In this document: positions 1 to 16,606 of the stretch, piece after piece
How the letters are laid out: each line of letters starts with the position of its first letter
How positions within the stretch are numbered: the first letter of the stretch is position 1
Source of the DNA: the human T2T-CHM13v2.0 reference genome, Homo sapiens
Length of the DNA stretch: 64,000 nucleotides
Assembly (NCBI RefSeq): GCF_009914755.1
Contig: NC_060933.1
Reading direction: 5' to 3' (one strand)
Made by a program: the position numbers and the translations under genes
Notes under the pieces: model-generated
Database searches by the model: none
What the model was told of the DNA's origin: nothing
What the model saw: the letters and a program-made list of their open reading frames with translations, nothing else

Positions 1-499
1 AGCTTCAGAGACACTAATTAATTCTGCCCCACAGTGAGGGGTGGTAACCAGTAGCCCAGTGGGAGGCTGAGCTATAGAGCTCTGTCTGAGGTTAGAGGAC
101 CAGGAAAACACTTCAGGGTCTGTCTAAGTTGATTCTCAAGAGAAAAGCTCTTTAATCTTATTTAAGGTTACAAAGTCTTTGGCCTCATGCAAAACATTTC
201 ATCTTGTGCAATTTTCAGCTGTTCTTATCATCTGAATAAAGTAATAGGATAAATCAAGCAACTCAAAAAGATGAGTAGAATTTCATTCTTTTAAAATGCT
301 AATTATAGCCTAAGAATATCAATTCTCAGCCTCTTCTAATCACCAAATCTCTTTCTTGAATACAATTTAGATTCCTCTATTGAATTTCTTATGGCTCCAA
401 TCATAGAACTCATTGGATTTTTCCCCTGAAATCCCTAAACAGGGATAGCCTAGATTCCTGGGAGGAGTAATGGAAAACTCTGACTTTCTGTGCAGAATT

Positions 500-858
500 C
501 AGATATTTTTTGACTCATGATGGAATTTCATCCCAATAAACCCATGATAAATTAAAAATATTTTAAGTTAAAATGCATTTAATATACCTAATGCAGTGAA
601 CATCATACTTAACCAACCTTAAATATGTTCAGAACACTTATATTAGCCTATGGCTGGGCAAAATCATCTAACAAAAAGCCTATTTCATAATGAAATACTG
701 AATCTCTTAAGTAATTTATTTAATGCTATACTAAAAATGAAAAACAAAATGGTTGTATGGGTACTTGAAGTAAGGATTCTATTGACTGTGTATTGTTTTC
801 CCACTATCATAAAGTCAAAAAATTGTAAGTTGAACTATCATTAGTTGGGGACTCTCTG
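500..858 (+). mobile_element. MER47A-like TcMar-Tigger non-autonomous DNA transposon
   Basis: Starts CAGAT..., ends ...GGGGACTCTCTG followed by TA; internal 'AAAATGCATTTAATATACCTAA...CAGAACACTTATATTAGCCTA...GGGCAAAATCATCTAAC' matches recalled MER47A/Tigger5 consensus. Confidence 0.8.
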
Positions 859-1024
859 TAGTGCCATCCACAAGCTAAACTGGACACACAGAACTTTAGA
901 ATAGCATAGCTTTGCAGTAGGCGAGTTTTTGGTTAAGAATTTTATCCTATATTTTATTTATTGTTTCAGATATAATTTAATTAACAGTTATTTGTACTTT
1001 TCTTGTAACATTTAATGAAGAGAG

Positions 1025-1145
1025 TTAATATTTATTGAGTATTTACTTTGTCCAGGCAATGTACTACTATATATAAATTATCTGATTTATTTCTCCCTTG
1101 ACTATTAGCAATAGGTATGAGTTTTATAGGTAATAAAATTTATGT
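1025..1145 (-). mobile_element. MIR SINE fragment
   Basis: 'TAATATTTATTGAGTATTTACTTTGTCCAGGCAATGTACT' resembles the antisense MIR 3' end. Confidence 0.5.
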
Positions 1146-2179
1146 AAGATATACTTATATAATTAAGATATAGTACTGTAGCATGTCGTGCAGTGTTCTG
1201 GCATAAAGTTACGCTGGATATAGTTGGGTAACAATTATAGTAATAATCTATTACTTGATACAGTGGTGGGGTTTTATGACAATAGAATTGTTGCTACTCA
1301 AGCCTTTTCATTTTACCTATAATGTTTTTGAGGCAGTGAGATAATTAGGGGTGAGGGGAGAGAAAGGAACAATAAAAGGAAAGAAGAAAGAAGAGAATAG
1401 GGAGGGAGGAAGAACTGAGTACTAATTAAATAAAACAAAAAAATTCTGAAGAATGAATAATGCATATCTGGTGGAACATAATTTATAAAGTAATGATTAA
1501 CAGAACAATAGGACAAAGGATTGTTTATCATTAAAATGTACTGTAAATTAACCTTTACAAATACATTTCCACTATGTACTTTTCGACTGATTTATAGTAT
1601 CCTGTCTTCAATAATTTGAAAAGTGCTAAAACTCTTTATTTGAAATGTAAGTAAACTGATCTAAATTATGATTTTATCCATATTTTCTATAATATAGGTA
1701 AATGTTTTAAAGTCTCTGTAGTCTGATGAATGAAATTTTGATGTAATAGCATTGTACTGATTTAGTCTCTCCGTAAATTTGGACTGAACATTTAACCATA
1801 CTGTGACAAAATTATTTTTTTCTGTAAATGACAGAAGGTGGTTAGAATAATCTTCTTTTAACCATTTTTATAGTGACATGGTTAGAATAATAATAAAGAA
1901 AAAACCATAAGCCCTCTCAAATAATCTATCAGCAGGGACTCTTCGGATCTTTCTGAAGATATTTTTACTCTTTGAGGCTTTAAGAAAATAAGTTAGTTTT
2001 CAAACATGAAATTTATTTAGTATATTTTATTGTGTCAGTATTATCTTAACCCAAAATTTTAAAGACTGGAAAAGTGCCTGTGATACAACATTAAACAAAT
2101 AAAATCAGAATATGAACGTAATAAACAGAATGATGGTCTCCCAAGAGTTCAGCTGTTCTTTCCTTTTACATAACCCTCT

Positions 2180-2480
2180 GTCTTCTATGGGGATCTATCT
2201 AGATTCAATGGAGAAGCATATGATCTAGATTAAGCCAATTATGTGTCCCTCAAGACTTTTTATAAACATTCTGTGACACAAGTAACCTTTCTTCTATATG
2301 GCGTTGTGCATACATATAAAGCTCAGAAATGACGCAATCAACAAGGCAATAAAGCTGGCACACAGAAGAATGAAACCCAGAAAATCACAGAGCGAGAACC
2401 CCAATCAAGCATGATTGAAGCTTATCCTTCTTCTAGACCCTTAACATTACATGAAATAAGCTTGCTTTTTATATAAGATT
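2180..2480 (+). mobile_element. Degraded ERVL/MaLR LTR (MLT1J/K/L- or LTR16-like)
   Basis: 'ATGATCTAGATTAAGCCAAT' and 'TTACATGAAATAAGCTTGCTTTTTATATAAG' resemble old MaLR/LTR16 motifs; highly diverged. Confidence 0.35.
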
Positions 2481-2829
2481 GATCTGGAAGTGAAAAGAGA
2501 AGGAAATGTAGCATTTCTAAGAGCAGTCTTTTCAGTCGGCAGCCTGAAATCCACTTTGACCAAGAGAGGCTGTTGATTTAGAGCTTGCAAATTTGAAAAA
2601 GCCAAATTCCCTAACACAAGTTCACATTAGCACTAGCAGTTGCAGAGAGATGGAAGATGAAGTACAATGTAAGACTGGGGTCCTTATAAATCCTCTTTGA
2701 AGTAATTTCTCTTAAATCTTCTTTACTTGCAAAAGGGAACAATCACTCTTTTTGTAGAGATTAAGCTGCAATTCAATTCAATGGTGAGAAAAAAATAAGC
2801 CATCTATCCTATGATTTAAAATTGTTTTA

Positions 2830-5030
<2,201 letters not shown>

Positions 5031-5044
5031 TATAACCTAAAAAT

Positions 5045-6330
5045 ATGATTATTTTTGTGTTTATTCTGCCTGTGATTCATTGAGTTTCTTGGATCTGTGA
5101 CCTTCTAATTTTTATTAAATTTGGCAACTTTTGTCAATTATTTCTTTGAATACTTTCTTCTGTCCTTTCTATTTACCCTTCTCTGTGCCTCCAATTGTTT
5201 TTCTATTAGCATGTTTAACATTTCCCCACACGTAATTGATACTCAGCTCATTTTTCTTCCATTATTTTTATTTATCCCCTCTGTATTTAATTTTGGATTA
5301 TTTCTTTGCCTAGGTCTTCAAATTTAGTATTGTTTTTCTTATTATGTCTCTGATCTCCCATAAATCATAACTAGGGTAGTTTCTTATCAGTTATATTACC
5401 AGCTCTAGAATGTCTACTATAGACCCTTCAACCTTCCATTCTTTTCCTCCTCATGTTAACATTTTGCTCTATTTTTTGAATATACTGTTTATTTATAATA
5501 GCTGTATTCATTATTTTGTGTGTTAATTTTGCCATTTATGACATTTCTAGGACTGTTTGTGTGATCTCTCCTCCCGGTTTTGTCATATTTTCCCACTTCT
5601 TCACATGCCTAGTTATTTCATGACATACTAGACATTATGAAATTTACATTATTGGGTGATGGATTTGGGGTCTTTCTTTAAATACCATTGAGTTTTTTGG
5701 GGTTGTAGTTCATTACCTGGAGTCAGGTAACAAGCATCGATCTTAAAATTGTTGAAACAAGCCAATAAGACTCTTTATTCTAAGGCTAATTTGGGCTCAC
5801 TTTTAATGCGATTATACTGTGAGGAGTTTACCCAATGTCTCCTGTATTAGGAGGTCTGTCCACTTTGGCTAGTGTGATCCCAATGTATTTTCAGGCCTGT
5901 GTGAAGTCCAGGGACAATTTTGCCTATTTTTTATTGGTTCTTTTTCTCGTACCATGTAGTTTTCTAATATGTTGGCTCAGTTCAGTGTTCAGCAGTGACT
6001 CACAGGTTCGCCTCTGCCGTAGTTTGCTCTTCTTTCTCTCTTTACTTCTGTATCACTTCATATTCTTTCCCATAAATTCCATCCAACCTGGCTTTCTCAA
6101 ATTTTTCATTGTTTTCACAAGTCAGCAAAACTCTTAAGATCTATTTGTATTTTGAAAGCTCTCCTGTGATGTTTCCTTGAAGATCCTTCCTGGAAATAAG
6201 CCAGGGAAATGCTGATGCTCACATTGCCGTCTTTCAGGTTCATTGCTGTGTGCTGCTTGTTTTGCCATATCTGAAAACAACTGGGTCACATATTTTGTCA
6301 TTTTCTAGTTGCAGTGAAACAGGAGGTAAA
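5045..6330 (-). mobile_element. Old L1M LINE fragment (antisense, 5'/ORF1 region)
   Basis: T-rich strand; 'TTTATTCTGCCTGTGATTCATTGAGTTTCTTGGATCTGTG' typical of antisense L1M; boundaries approximate. Confidence 0.55.
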
Positions 6331-6354
6331 TTCTGATCAATTTCTGAACTGAAT

Positions 6355-7772
6355 TTAAAAAATAAATGGTAAGAAAATTAATGCTTTTTTCCAATATTAA
6401 AAGCAGGACAAGGATGTCTTCTGCTTTCACCAGTTTCATTTAGTATTTTACTGGCGATTGTAGTCAGAATAATAAGAGAAAAAGTAATAAAAGGTATATT
6501 TAAAACTTTCTATTAAAAATGACATGGTATTCTATATAGAGAATGCTAAGGATTCTCCAAAAACAATTAAAAATGATAAATGAATTTAGTATGTTTGTGT
6601 ACTAAAAGTGTACTAACTGTATTTCTATGTACTAGCCACAAACAATAGAAAATTAAATTTAAATAGACAATACCATTTATAATACCATAAAGCATATAAA
6701 ATATTTAGGGATAAAATTGACAAAATATGTATAACTCTCTAAACATAAACTATGAAACTTTGATGAAATTTTAAAAGACCTAAAAAAGGTAAGATATACA
6801 TGTTCATAGTTCAGAAGACTCAATATTGTTATTCTCATACATCTCTCTATACTAATCTATACAGTGTAATACCAACTAAAATGCTAGCATTTTGTGGATA
6901 TTAAAAGATTCTAAAATGTATATGAAAAACAAAGTAACTTAAAATAATTTTGAAAAATAACAAATATGAAGAACTTACACTACCTGATTTTCAGATTTGG
7001 TTTAAAGCCTCACCAATCATAACTGTTATATTTGCATAAGGAGTTGTATTGATCAACAGAACAATCTAGGAATTAATTTTGGTTAATGTGGTTGTTTCTT
7101 TCACAAAAGTGTCAAGGCAGTTCAATGGGGGAAAGGATAATCTTTTCAACAAATGTTGCTAGAACAGTTGGATATCCATTTTGAAAAGAAAAGAACAAAA
7201 GGAAACAAACAAAAAACCTTAAACCTTGTCCTTTGCTTTAAACCATATGTAAATATTTACTAAAGATAGATCGTACAACCAAATGTAAGACGTAAAACTA
7301 TAAAACTTATTTTAAAGTAGAAAAATGGAAGAACTTTTCACTGAACTTGGATTTGATTAGGACATAACATCCCATAAAATAATAAATAAATCAAATTTGT
7401 CAAAATTAAAAACTTTGAGTATAAAAAGCACTCTTGAGCACACAAAAAACTAGCTACAGGGAGAAAATATTTGTAAACAGTTATGTGATATTGAGCTTTT
7501 ATCCAGGATGTATGAACATTCATTACACCAACAATAATAAGAATAATAGCAACAACATAATAATAATATTTATAAAAGGGGGAAACATTTCAAGACACTT
7601 TACCAAAGAAAATATACTAAAAATAGACTTGTAAAAATATGCTCAGTAACCTGTTTATTAAGAAAATATAAATTAAAACCCCAAAGAGGCTTTCCTGGGG
7701 TAAAGAGACTGAAGGCTTGCATTACCTAGTGTTGGCAAGGATGTAGAGCAACTGCCATTAGAAATGTAAAAT
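6355..7772 (+). mobile_element. Old L1M ORF2 remnant, left part (host of L1PA insertion)
   Basis: 'GGACAAGGATGTC', 'GAAGACTCAATATTGTT', 'CAATGGGGGAAAGGATAATCTTTTCAACAAATG' are diverged ORF2 motifs. Confidence 0.8.
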
Positions 7773-7985
7773 TTGACTTCCTCTCTTCCTATTTGAATAC
7801 CCTTTATTTCTTTCTCTTGCCTGATTGCCATGGCCAGAAATGCCAATATTATGTTAAATAGGAGTGGTGAGAGAGGGCATCCTTGTCTTGTGCTGGTTTT
7901 CAAAGGGAATGCTTCCAGCTTTTGCCCATTCAGTATGATATTGGCTATGGGTTCGTCATAAATAGTTCTTATTTTTTTGAGATAT
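7773..7985 (-). mobile_element. L1PA 5'-inverted segment (ORF2 RT region)
   Basis: Minus-strand ORF 7673-7903 encodes '[40 protein letters not shown]' of L1 ORF2p. Confidence 0.92.
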
Positions 7986-9948
7986 TCAAATTTTCTCTGC
8001 TTGTAAATGACATGGTTCCATATTTAGAAAATGCCATCATCTCAGCCCCTAAACTCCATAAGTTGATAAGCAATTTCAGCAGTCTCAGGATACAAAATCA
8101 GTGTGCAAAAAACACAAGCATTCCTATACACCAACAATAGACAAGCTGAGTGCCAAATCATGAATAAACTCCCATTCACAATTGCTACAAAGACAATAAA
8201 AACCTAGGGATACAACTTACAAGGAATGTCAAGGACCTCTTCAAGGAGAGCTACAAACCTCTGCTCAAAGAAATAAGGGAAGACACAAATAAATGGAAAG
8301 ACATCCCATGCTTATGGATAGGAAGAATCAATATTGTGAAAATGGCCATACTGCCCAAAGTAATTTATAGATTCAATGTTATTCCCATCAAGCTACTATT
8401 GACTTTCTTCACAAAATTAGAAAAAACTACTTTAAATTTGATATGGGACCAAAAGAGAGCCCATATAGCCAAGACAGTCCTAAGCAAAAAGAACAAAGCT
8501 GGAGGCATCATGCTACCTGACTACAAGGCTATAGTAACCAAAACAGCATGATACTGGAACCAAAACAGATATATGGACCAATGGAACAGAATAGAGGCCT
8601 CAGAAATAACACCACACAGCTACAACCATCTGATCTTTGACATACCTGACCAAAACAAGCAATGGGGAAAGGATTCCCTATTTAGTAAATGGTACTGGCA
8701 AAACTGGCTAGCCACATGCAGAAAACTGAAACTGGATCCTTTCCTTACACCTTATACAAAAATTAACTCAAGATGGATTAAAGACTCAAACTTCAGACCT
8801 AAAACCATAACAACTCTAGAAGAAAACCTAGGCAATACACAAATTCAGGACACACGCAAGGGCAGACTTCATGACTAAAACACCAAAAACAATTACACCA
8901 AAAGCCAAAATTGACAAATAGGATCTAATTAAACTAAAGAGCTTCTGCACAGCAAAAAAAAACTATCTTCAGAGTGAACGGGCAACCAACAGAATGGGAG
9001 AAAGCTTTTGTAATCTACCCATCTGACAAAGGTTAATATCCATAATCTACAAGGAACTTAAACTAATTTACAAGAAAAAGGCAAACAACCCCATCAAAAA
9101 GTGGGCAAAGTATATGAACAGACACTTCTCAAAAGAAGACATTTATGCGGCCAACAAACATATGAAAAAAAGCTCATCATCACGGATCATTAGAGAAACG
9201 CAAATCAAACGCACAATGAGATACCATCTCCACCAGTCAGAATGGTGATTATTAAAAAGTCAGGAAACAGTAGATGCTGGTGAGGCTGTGGAGAAATAGG
9301 AATGCTTTTACACTGTTGGTGGGCGTGTAAATTAGTTCAACCATTGTGGAAGACAGTATGGTGATTCCTTAAGGATGATGTAGAACCAGAAATACCATTT
9401 GACCCAGCAATCCCATTACTGGGTATACAACCAAAGGATTATAATCATTCTTCTATAAGGACATATGTACCTGTATGTTTATTGCAGCATTATTTATAAT
9501 AGCAAAGACTTGGAACCAAGCCAAATGCTCATGAGTGATAGACTGTATAGAGAAAATGTGGCACATATGCACAATGGAATACCATGCAGCCATAAAAAAG
9601 AATGAGATCATGTCCTTTGTGAGGACATCTATGAAGCTGGAAGCCATCATTCTCAGCAAACACAGGAACAGACAACCAAATGCCACATGTTCTCACTCAT
9701 AAATGGGAGTTGAACAATGAGAACATATGGACACATGGAGGGGACAGTACACACTGGGGCCTGTTGGGAGGTGGAGGGCAAGGGGAAGGACAGCATTAGG
9801 AGAAATACCTAATGCATGCTGGGCTTAAAACCTAGATGATGGATTGATGGGTACAGCAAACCACCATGGCGCATGTATACCTATGTAACAAACCTGCACA
9901 TTCTGCACATGTATCCTAGAACTTAAAATAAAATAAATAAATAAATAA
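7986..9948 (+). mobile_element. L1PA (roughly L1PA8-L1PA10-like) 5'-truncated copy: 3' ORF2, 3'UTR, A-rich tail
   Basis: ORF2 fragments '[13 protein letters not shown]', 'DQWNRIE...KQWGKDSLF...[21 protein letters not shown]'; L1PA 3'UTR; TSD AGAAATGTAAAAT at 7760-7772 and 9949-9961. Confidence 0.95.
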
Positions 9949-10790
9949 AGAAATGTAAAATCATCTGCCTCTTTGGAAAATAGGTTGTCATATTTTGTGT
10001 GTGATTTTAAACATATATTTACCATATGATCTATCACTTATACTCCTAGGTCTTTACTCAAGAGAAACAAAAATAAATCCACACAGTGTGGTACTTAAAA
10101 ATTAAAATTAAATAAGAATACTATATATAATAACATCAATAATCTAACAGCTTTATTTAGAATAATACAGATTTGAAACAATTCAAATGCCTATTAACTG
10201 ATGAGTGGGTAAACAAATTATGATATATCCATACACTAGGACACAACTCAGCAATAAAAAGGAACAATTTGTTGATAAATGCAACAACATAAATGAATCT
10301 AAAAAGTATTATGTTAAATAATAAAAGGCAGGCACAATATATTATACACTATATGATGTAAATTTTGTGAAGTTCTGGAAATGATGAAATAATAATGATA
10401 GAAAACAGATCAATTCTTGTTTAAGACCACTTTGGAGGAGGCATAGCTGCAAAGGGGCAGGAAAGAATATTTGTAGGTGATGAAAATGTTGTATATTAGC
10501 ACTATCGAAAATAACTTTCTGTGATGATGGTATTGTTTTACAAATTTTCACTGTCCAAATGCAGTAGCCACTAGCCATCTGTAGTTATTGAACATTTAAA
10601 ATGTGGCTCATGTGGTCGATTAAATCTATTTTACATTTTAATTTTAATTAATACATTTAAATAGAAAATACTGATTAATTTGGGTGATATGCATCACTTC
10701 TTTTGACATCATTTGTCAAAATACGTTACATTGTACAGTTAAAATTGATTAATTTTATCCTATGCTAAATATGCCTCAACAAAGCCAATA
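9949..10790 (+). mobile_element. Old L1M 3' end (continuation of host element, interrupted by MER3)
   Basis: 'ACTCCTAGGTCTTTACTCAAGAGAA', 'GCAACAACATAAATGAATCT...ATTATGTTAAAT' typical of L1MB/MC 3' ends. Confidence 0.7.
10497..10665 (+). mobile_element. MER3 hAT-Charlie DNA transposon fragment
   Basis: 'AACTTTCTGTGATGATGG...CTGTCCAAAT...GTAGCCACTAGCCA...AAATGTGGCT' matches recalled MER3. Confidence 0.75.
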
Positions 10791-11611
10791 TGAAAACATA
10801 TTGAATACTTGCCAATCCTAGTTTTCTAGTTAGTGGTTGCTTACAATCTAAAAGTAAATTATCCTCCAACCACTCCGTCTTCAAGTTCAGTGATTTTCAG
10901 CTACTGAGAAATCTAATCACTAGAGAGGAAGCAAATACTTGTTATACTCTTTAGAATACATGGTTTTATAATCACCAAGAATTTGGTCTTTTGCTATCGT
11001 GTTTTTGGAACTCAGTTGTCACATATTATCCAGCATCATCTATTTTACCAAAAAAATCTGATTATTTCTTACTATTTGTTTCTGCCATTACAGAGTGTAT
11101 TTAATAAGTTGATCCCTGTGACCATTTGACTGCTTTCATTTCAGGTATATTTCTATCTCCACATGGGCAAACTTATCATACAGTATAGATATTATTTGGT
11201 AATAAACAACCATAAATGGCTTACAATAATATAAATTTATTTCTTGTTTACAATAAATACCATTTTACTTCAACTGGGAGCACTCTTTCATGTCTCCTGA
11301 TATGGAGACCGTGGTTAATGGAGATTCCACCATTTGGAACATTGCCAACTGTTGTGGCAGTAAAAAAAATAATGCATGGTGAACCACATACTTCTTGTTA
11401 ATACCGCCGTAAATGTGAAGAGCACTATATTTACCAAAGCAATCAAATACTCTAAGCAACCCCATCCCTAAATCTATCAGGAGATAAGAGAAATAATTAG
11501 AATGCTGAAGGCTAAAGGTTCCATTCTTCCCTCAATTCACCATACTTTCCTAAATTAATGTAAATAGAGGGGACGTTTGCTTAATGCTTCGTCAATACAC
11601 CTACCACTTCA

Positions 11612-11937
<326 letters not shown>

Positions 11938-12944
11938 CCCTCAATATTTGATGATGTAATAAAGTACCTGAGCAAATCTGGTATTTAAGTGCTACTTTAT
12001 ATTGCTGCTGAATGTATTCAGGCAAGTTTATGTAAAGACAAATTATGTATCATATCATGTTATATCAAATTGTCATATTGTTATTTTTCTAGATTTAAAA
12101 TTTGAAGAAAAAAACTTCTATTATTATTATTCTTTGTATATCAAGGTACTGTTGCTGAAATAAATATCTTTCTACTGTTTGGAGTTGAAAATACCTATCC
12201 TGCTATAATAAGCTAATAAAGGAAGTGGTTTATTTTTGTAAAATCCTTTATTGATAAAATCAAAACTTGGCAACTCTGAGTGCACAATCTTTAACTTCGA
12301 AATTCTATGAAAAAATTTCTTTTTGAAATTTGAATCATTTAAACCCACACATTTTGTAAAACCACAGCCATTTTTTCTATAATATGGTCACCTAGTACAT
12401 CATCTCTTGCTGGATCAGTCTTAGTCTAATGCCACAGGACTTATACCTAGTAACCTATAACTTGTGTATCTATAAGATGAATATCCTTATATATTAACTT
12501 ATTATATTTTACAAGTCCTTATGAGACCTCATGGACAGACTGTGATGTACCTTGGAAAATATAAGGTATGAGAGACTCCAGTTCTTAAAACTTTTGGGTC
12601 ATAAAATTCATACTTCATAGAAGTATTACAAATTTAAATTACTAATTGCTTTATTTTTGTTTTTAATGTGCAGTGTAACAATTTACTCCTAGCTATATTA
12701 CGTTTTTTAAAACTTAAAAAAATATGAACATGAGTGATTATAACATTTATCATCCAATATAAATACTTTTGTGAGTTAATGGGGTACTATTTGAAATTAT
12801 GTCACAGAGTTGTATAAATAGATATGGTGCTGGGTAAACTAGACCCTCCCTATGGTCATGTTTGTTATAAATATCATTATAGAATTGCATTAATACGTAT
12901 ATTCTAAGAATATGTACATATATACCTATTATAAGATGACTATG

Positions 12945-13045
12945 TTATACACATACATAAATATGCACAGTGTGCAGACTACATGTATACATATACAGAC
13001 ATAGTGGATTCCCTGTGTGTGCGTGTGTGTGCATGTGTGTGTGTT
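12945..13045. repeat. (CA/TA)n and (TG)n low-complexity tract
   Basis: Alternating dinucleotides seen directly. Confidence 0.7.
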
Positions 13046-13442
13046 TGAGTCGATATATATTCATCTTAGAAATGTGGGCTTTTTGTTTCTGTCATGGTGA
13101 AATAGTGTGACTAGTGGAATCTATTGTGAATATTTAAGTGAGATGATTTTTCTGATAATTCTTCTTTTCACACAATCCTTCAACAAGGCACTCTTAATCT
13201 CTTTCTAAATATTATAGCAGACTCCATGGACTGGGCTGGAGTGGCCAGGGATTTGGTAACAGCTGAATGTTTTTCTTCATAGAGTTATTACTTTTCTGAT
13301 ATCATCATTTGATTGGGGCTTGAGTGCTAGGAATAATTTGGCTTTCTATTCCGCATGTGTTAAAAATAGAAGAAAAACACTTTGTACTGACTTAAGTCTC
13401 CTTCCCACCTACCCTCCACCTGTATCCCCCAAAAGAGTCAGA

Positions 13443-13477
13443 CAGAGAGAGAGAGAGCTAGAGAGAGAGAGAGAGAA
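13443..13477. repeat. Interrupted (GA)n microsatellite
   Basis: AGAGAGAGAGAGAG-CT-AGAGAGAGAGAGAGAGA. Confidence 0.85.
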
Positions 13478-13924
13478 GGGGTCCTGGGAATCTTGCAGAA
13501 TTCAAAGACAAGCAAACCAACAGGAATCCTGGAGGCTTTGCTGCTTCTACCCTTTGTCTCTATTTCTCACTGCACGTTAGCTTATTTCTTCAAATTTTCT
13601 TTCTCTATTTATTTTTTGTGTGCATACAACCATCCCAATTTGTCAAGTTTCTCTCCCATTTATGAGTCCAGCCAAGAGCCAAGACTGCCATATTTTTTTC
13701 CTCAATTGCAATTCCAAATTTCTAAGAAAGAATAGCTTTGGCTCAATTTGGTTCCAGTTTGCTCCCCCGACTCAAAAAACAGTAAGCACAATCACATACA
13801 AAGACACAACTCTCAGAAAAGGGGGTCATTGTGAGCTTGGTGGGCACCACCAAAGGAATTTTCAATGGCACCTCAAACTAAGAAAAACAAAGCTAGATTC
13901 TCATAACTTAAATACAAGCTTTCA

Positions 13925-14245
<321 letters not shown>

Positions 14246-16402
14246 CTATACGGTAAATGACATTCTTTTGCTCTCTTATTTAATGTTCAATATGTGCTGC
14301 TATAATTTTTTCTACCATAAAAATTTTAAAAATCCAAACAATAAAATATAATCACACATATTGGATTCAACAACAAAAGGATCACCAAAATCAAATATCT
14401 CACTGAAGTATACTTTGGGACTAAGAATAGCAATCACTGTGCATAAAAATGAAATTCAAGACCTTGAAAATTGCATTGCTACAGCAAAAAAAGAATAGAC
14501 CAAAGTAAATCCACTAGACAGAAGAATGTGAAAGAATAAAAGGACCTGAGAAATGTGTCACTCCCAACATCAGTCAACTACATTTTTTAAAGTTTAAATG
14601 CTGATGCCCAACTGACAGAGATTCTATGATTACATTTGATACAAATGCCATTTATATTTCCCGGTAACTAAAAAAAAAAAATATTCTTTAGGGAATGTGG
14701 CTGAATAAATGTTTAATGGATGGTAGGTTCTCAAATAAATTAACACAGATTTCTTATTTCAAAATGGAACACTAATAATAACCTAGGTAATGTGAATGTT
14801 TTTATATTTATGTGGATCTACTTGGTAAGTGACCCCTGGGATCCAAGCCCTTATGCCTAAGAAATATCAGTTAGACACCATTGTGAGCACATAGATTGTC
14901 TACTGAGCACTTATATTGCATTGTCCCATGAATAAAGCAGAGTTAGAAATTTGATCAGTAAGCCTATAAATTTTGTATTCATAGGTACAAATAGAAAAAA
15001 AAAGCCTATGAGTTGCTACAGGGACCTTTGTATCAGTGAAGTACTGAATTTCTCCTAGTCTATGAGGCACTAATATATTTTAGAATTTGCTATAGAAAAC
15101 TCCGTTTAGGATGAAACAAGAAAGTACGTTAACTAACAAACAAATGAACAAACAAAGACATTAAAAATAAAGGTTAAAGGGTAAAAGGGAAAAGGTAGGG
15201 TCTCAGAAATTACCTATAAAAAGTGGGGGTCATAGGCCAACCAGCTCCTCCATGTTACTGGGTACATTATCACAGTATTCAGTATAATTTAGTTTACCTA
15301 ATATCATTAATTTTACAAAATCATCTGATATTCATCATCATATAAAGCTCCATGACTTACTGTTTAAGACAAAAGAGATGACACATTTTTTTTGGTAGAA
15401 GACATGGCATATATACAGTATTTAGAAAACTTAAACCAATAAGATCAATTCTAGGAACATTGAAGTTATTCATCATGATGATGGGAGTTAGGGTGGAGAG
15501 AAATTACGAGGACCAGATTCCATCCATGTCTTTAATAAATATGAAGAACTAATAAAGAAGTTAACAGATGATGGCATTGAGAACGATAATCAATACTGAT
15601 TTCATAAGCCCCCCAAAAGGAGGGTAAATTGATTAGAATTTGATGCAGGGTGAGAATCAGAAAGCCTAAATTATAAGATTTTGATTATTGTTATTATAAA
15701 AATCAACAATATTGAGTTTATTTCATTGTCAATTAAAAATTTTGAGGTAAGCATTTTAGGAAAAGTGGGGCAACCCATTCTGTCAGACTTCATAGATTTT
15801 ATTGCTCTTCCTTATGTAGCCACCACTTTCACTTCATGGCCCAAGATACTGGTCTAGCTTCACTTTCTACCTATTAGGAAAGAGAAGAGAGAAGGCACAC
15901 ACAATAATCCTCCCACTAAGATAACTTTGTATAAATTGTGCACATATTTCTTTTTACATTCTATAAGCCAGAATTGATTCACATTGAAATTGAGCCTCTA
16001 TTCCAGATAGTCGTGTGTCAAACTAAAACATCCAAGTATCTTTTTCTGGTGAAGAAAACCAAATACGGAGAGATAATTGGCATGTCTATAACAGATAGGA
16101 GTTCTTGCAAGATGAGGAAAATAATAGCTTAAAAAGACAAAGGAAACTATGAGTATGTGGAACAACTTTTTTTGGCTCCTTGTAATGCAGAATGAATATA
16201 ACTTTATCATTTGCAATTATCCTTTCCTTCATCTCTTTTGGATTTTACTTTGCTTATTTTGTCTTAAAGTTTGTTTGCATCTATAATTTGCTGTCTTCAT
16301 TAATGGATTGCTTGCTTCTATTTCTGTACCTATCCATCTCTTTCATTGAAAATGAGCTTGTAGGCAGATAGCACAACGTTAGAGGTAGTTAGTTTTCAGG
16401 AA

Positions 16403-16606
16403 AACAGTATTAGAGTAGCAGTTAAGGAGCATGTCTTGAAAAGAAACAGTTCTATGTTCAAATTTTGGTTCTGCCACTTGCCAGCTATGTTACTTGGACA
16501 TGTTACTCAACCTCTGTAAAGCTTAGTTTCCTTATCTGTGATAATGCATGTAAAGTTTCTAATATGGTACCTGGAAGATACTATCTGAAATAAATATTAG
16601 CTATTT
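16403..16606 (+). mobile_element. MIR SINE
   Basis: 'GTTCAAATTTTGGTTCTGCCACTTGCCAGCTATGTTACTTGGACATGTTACTCAACCTCTG...AGTTTCCTTATCTGT' MIR core. Confidence 0.75.
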
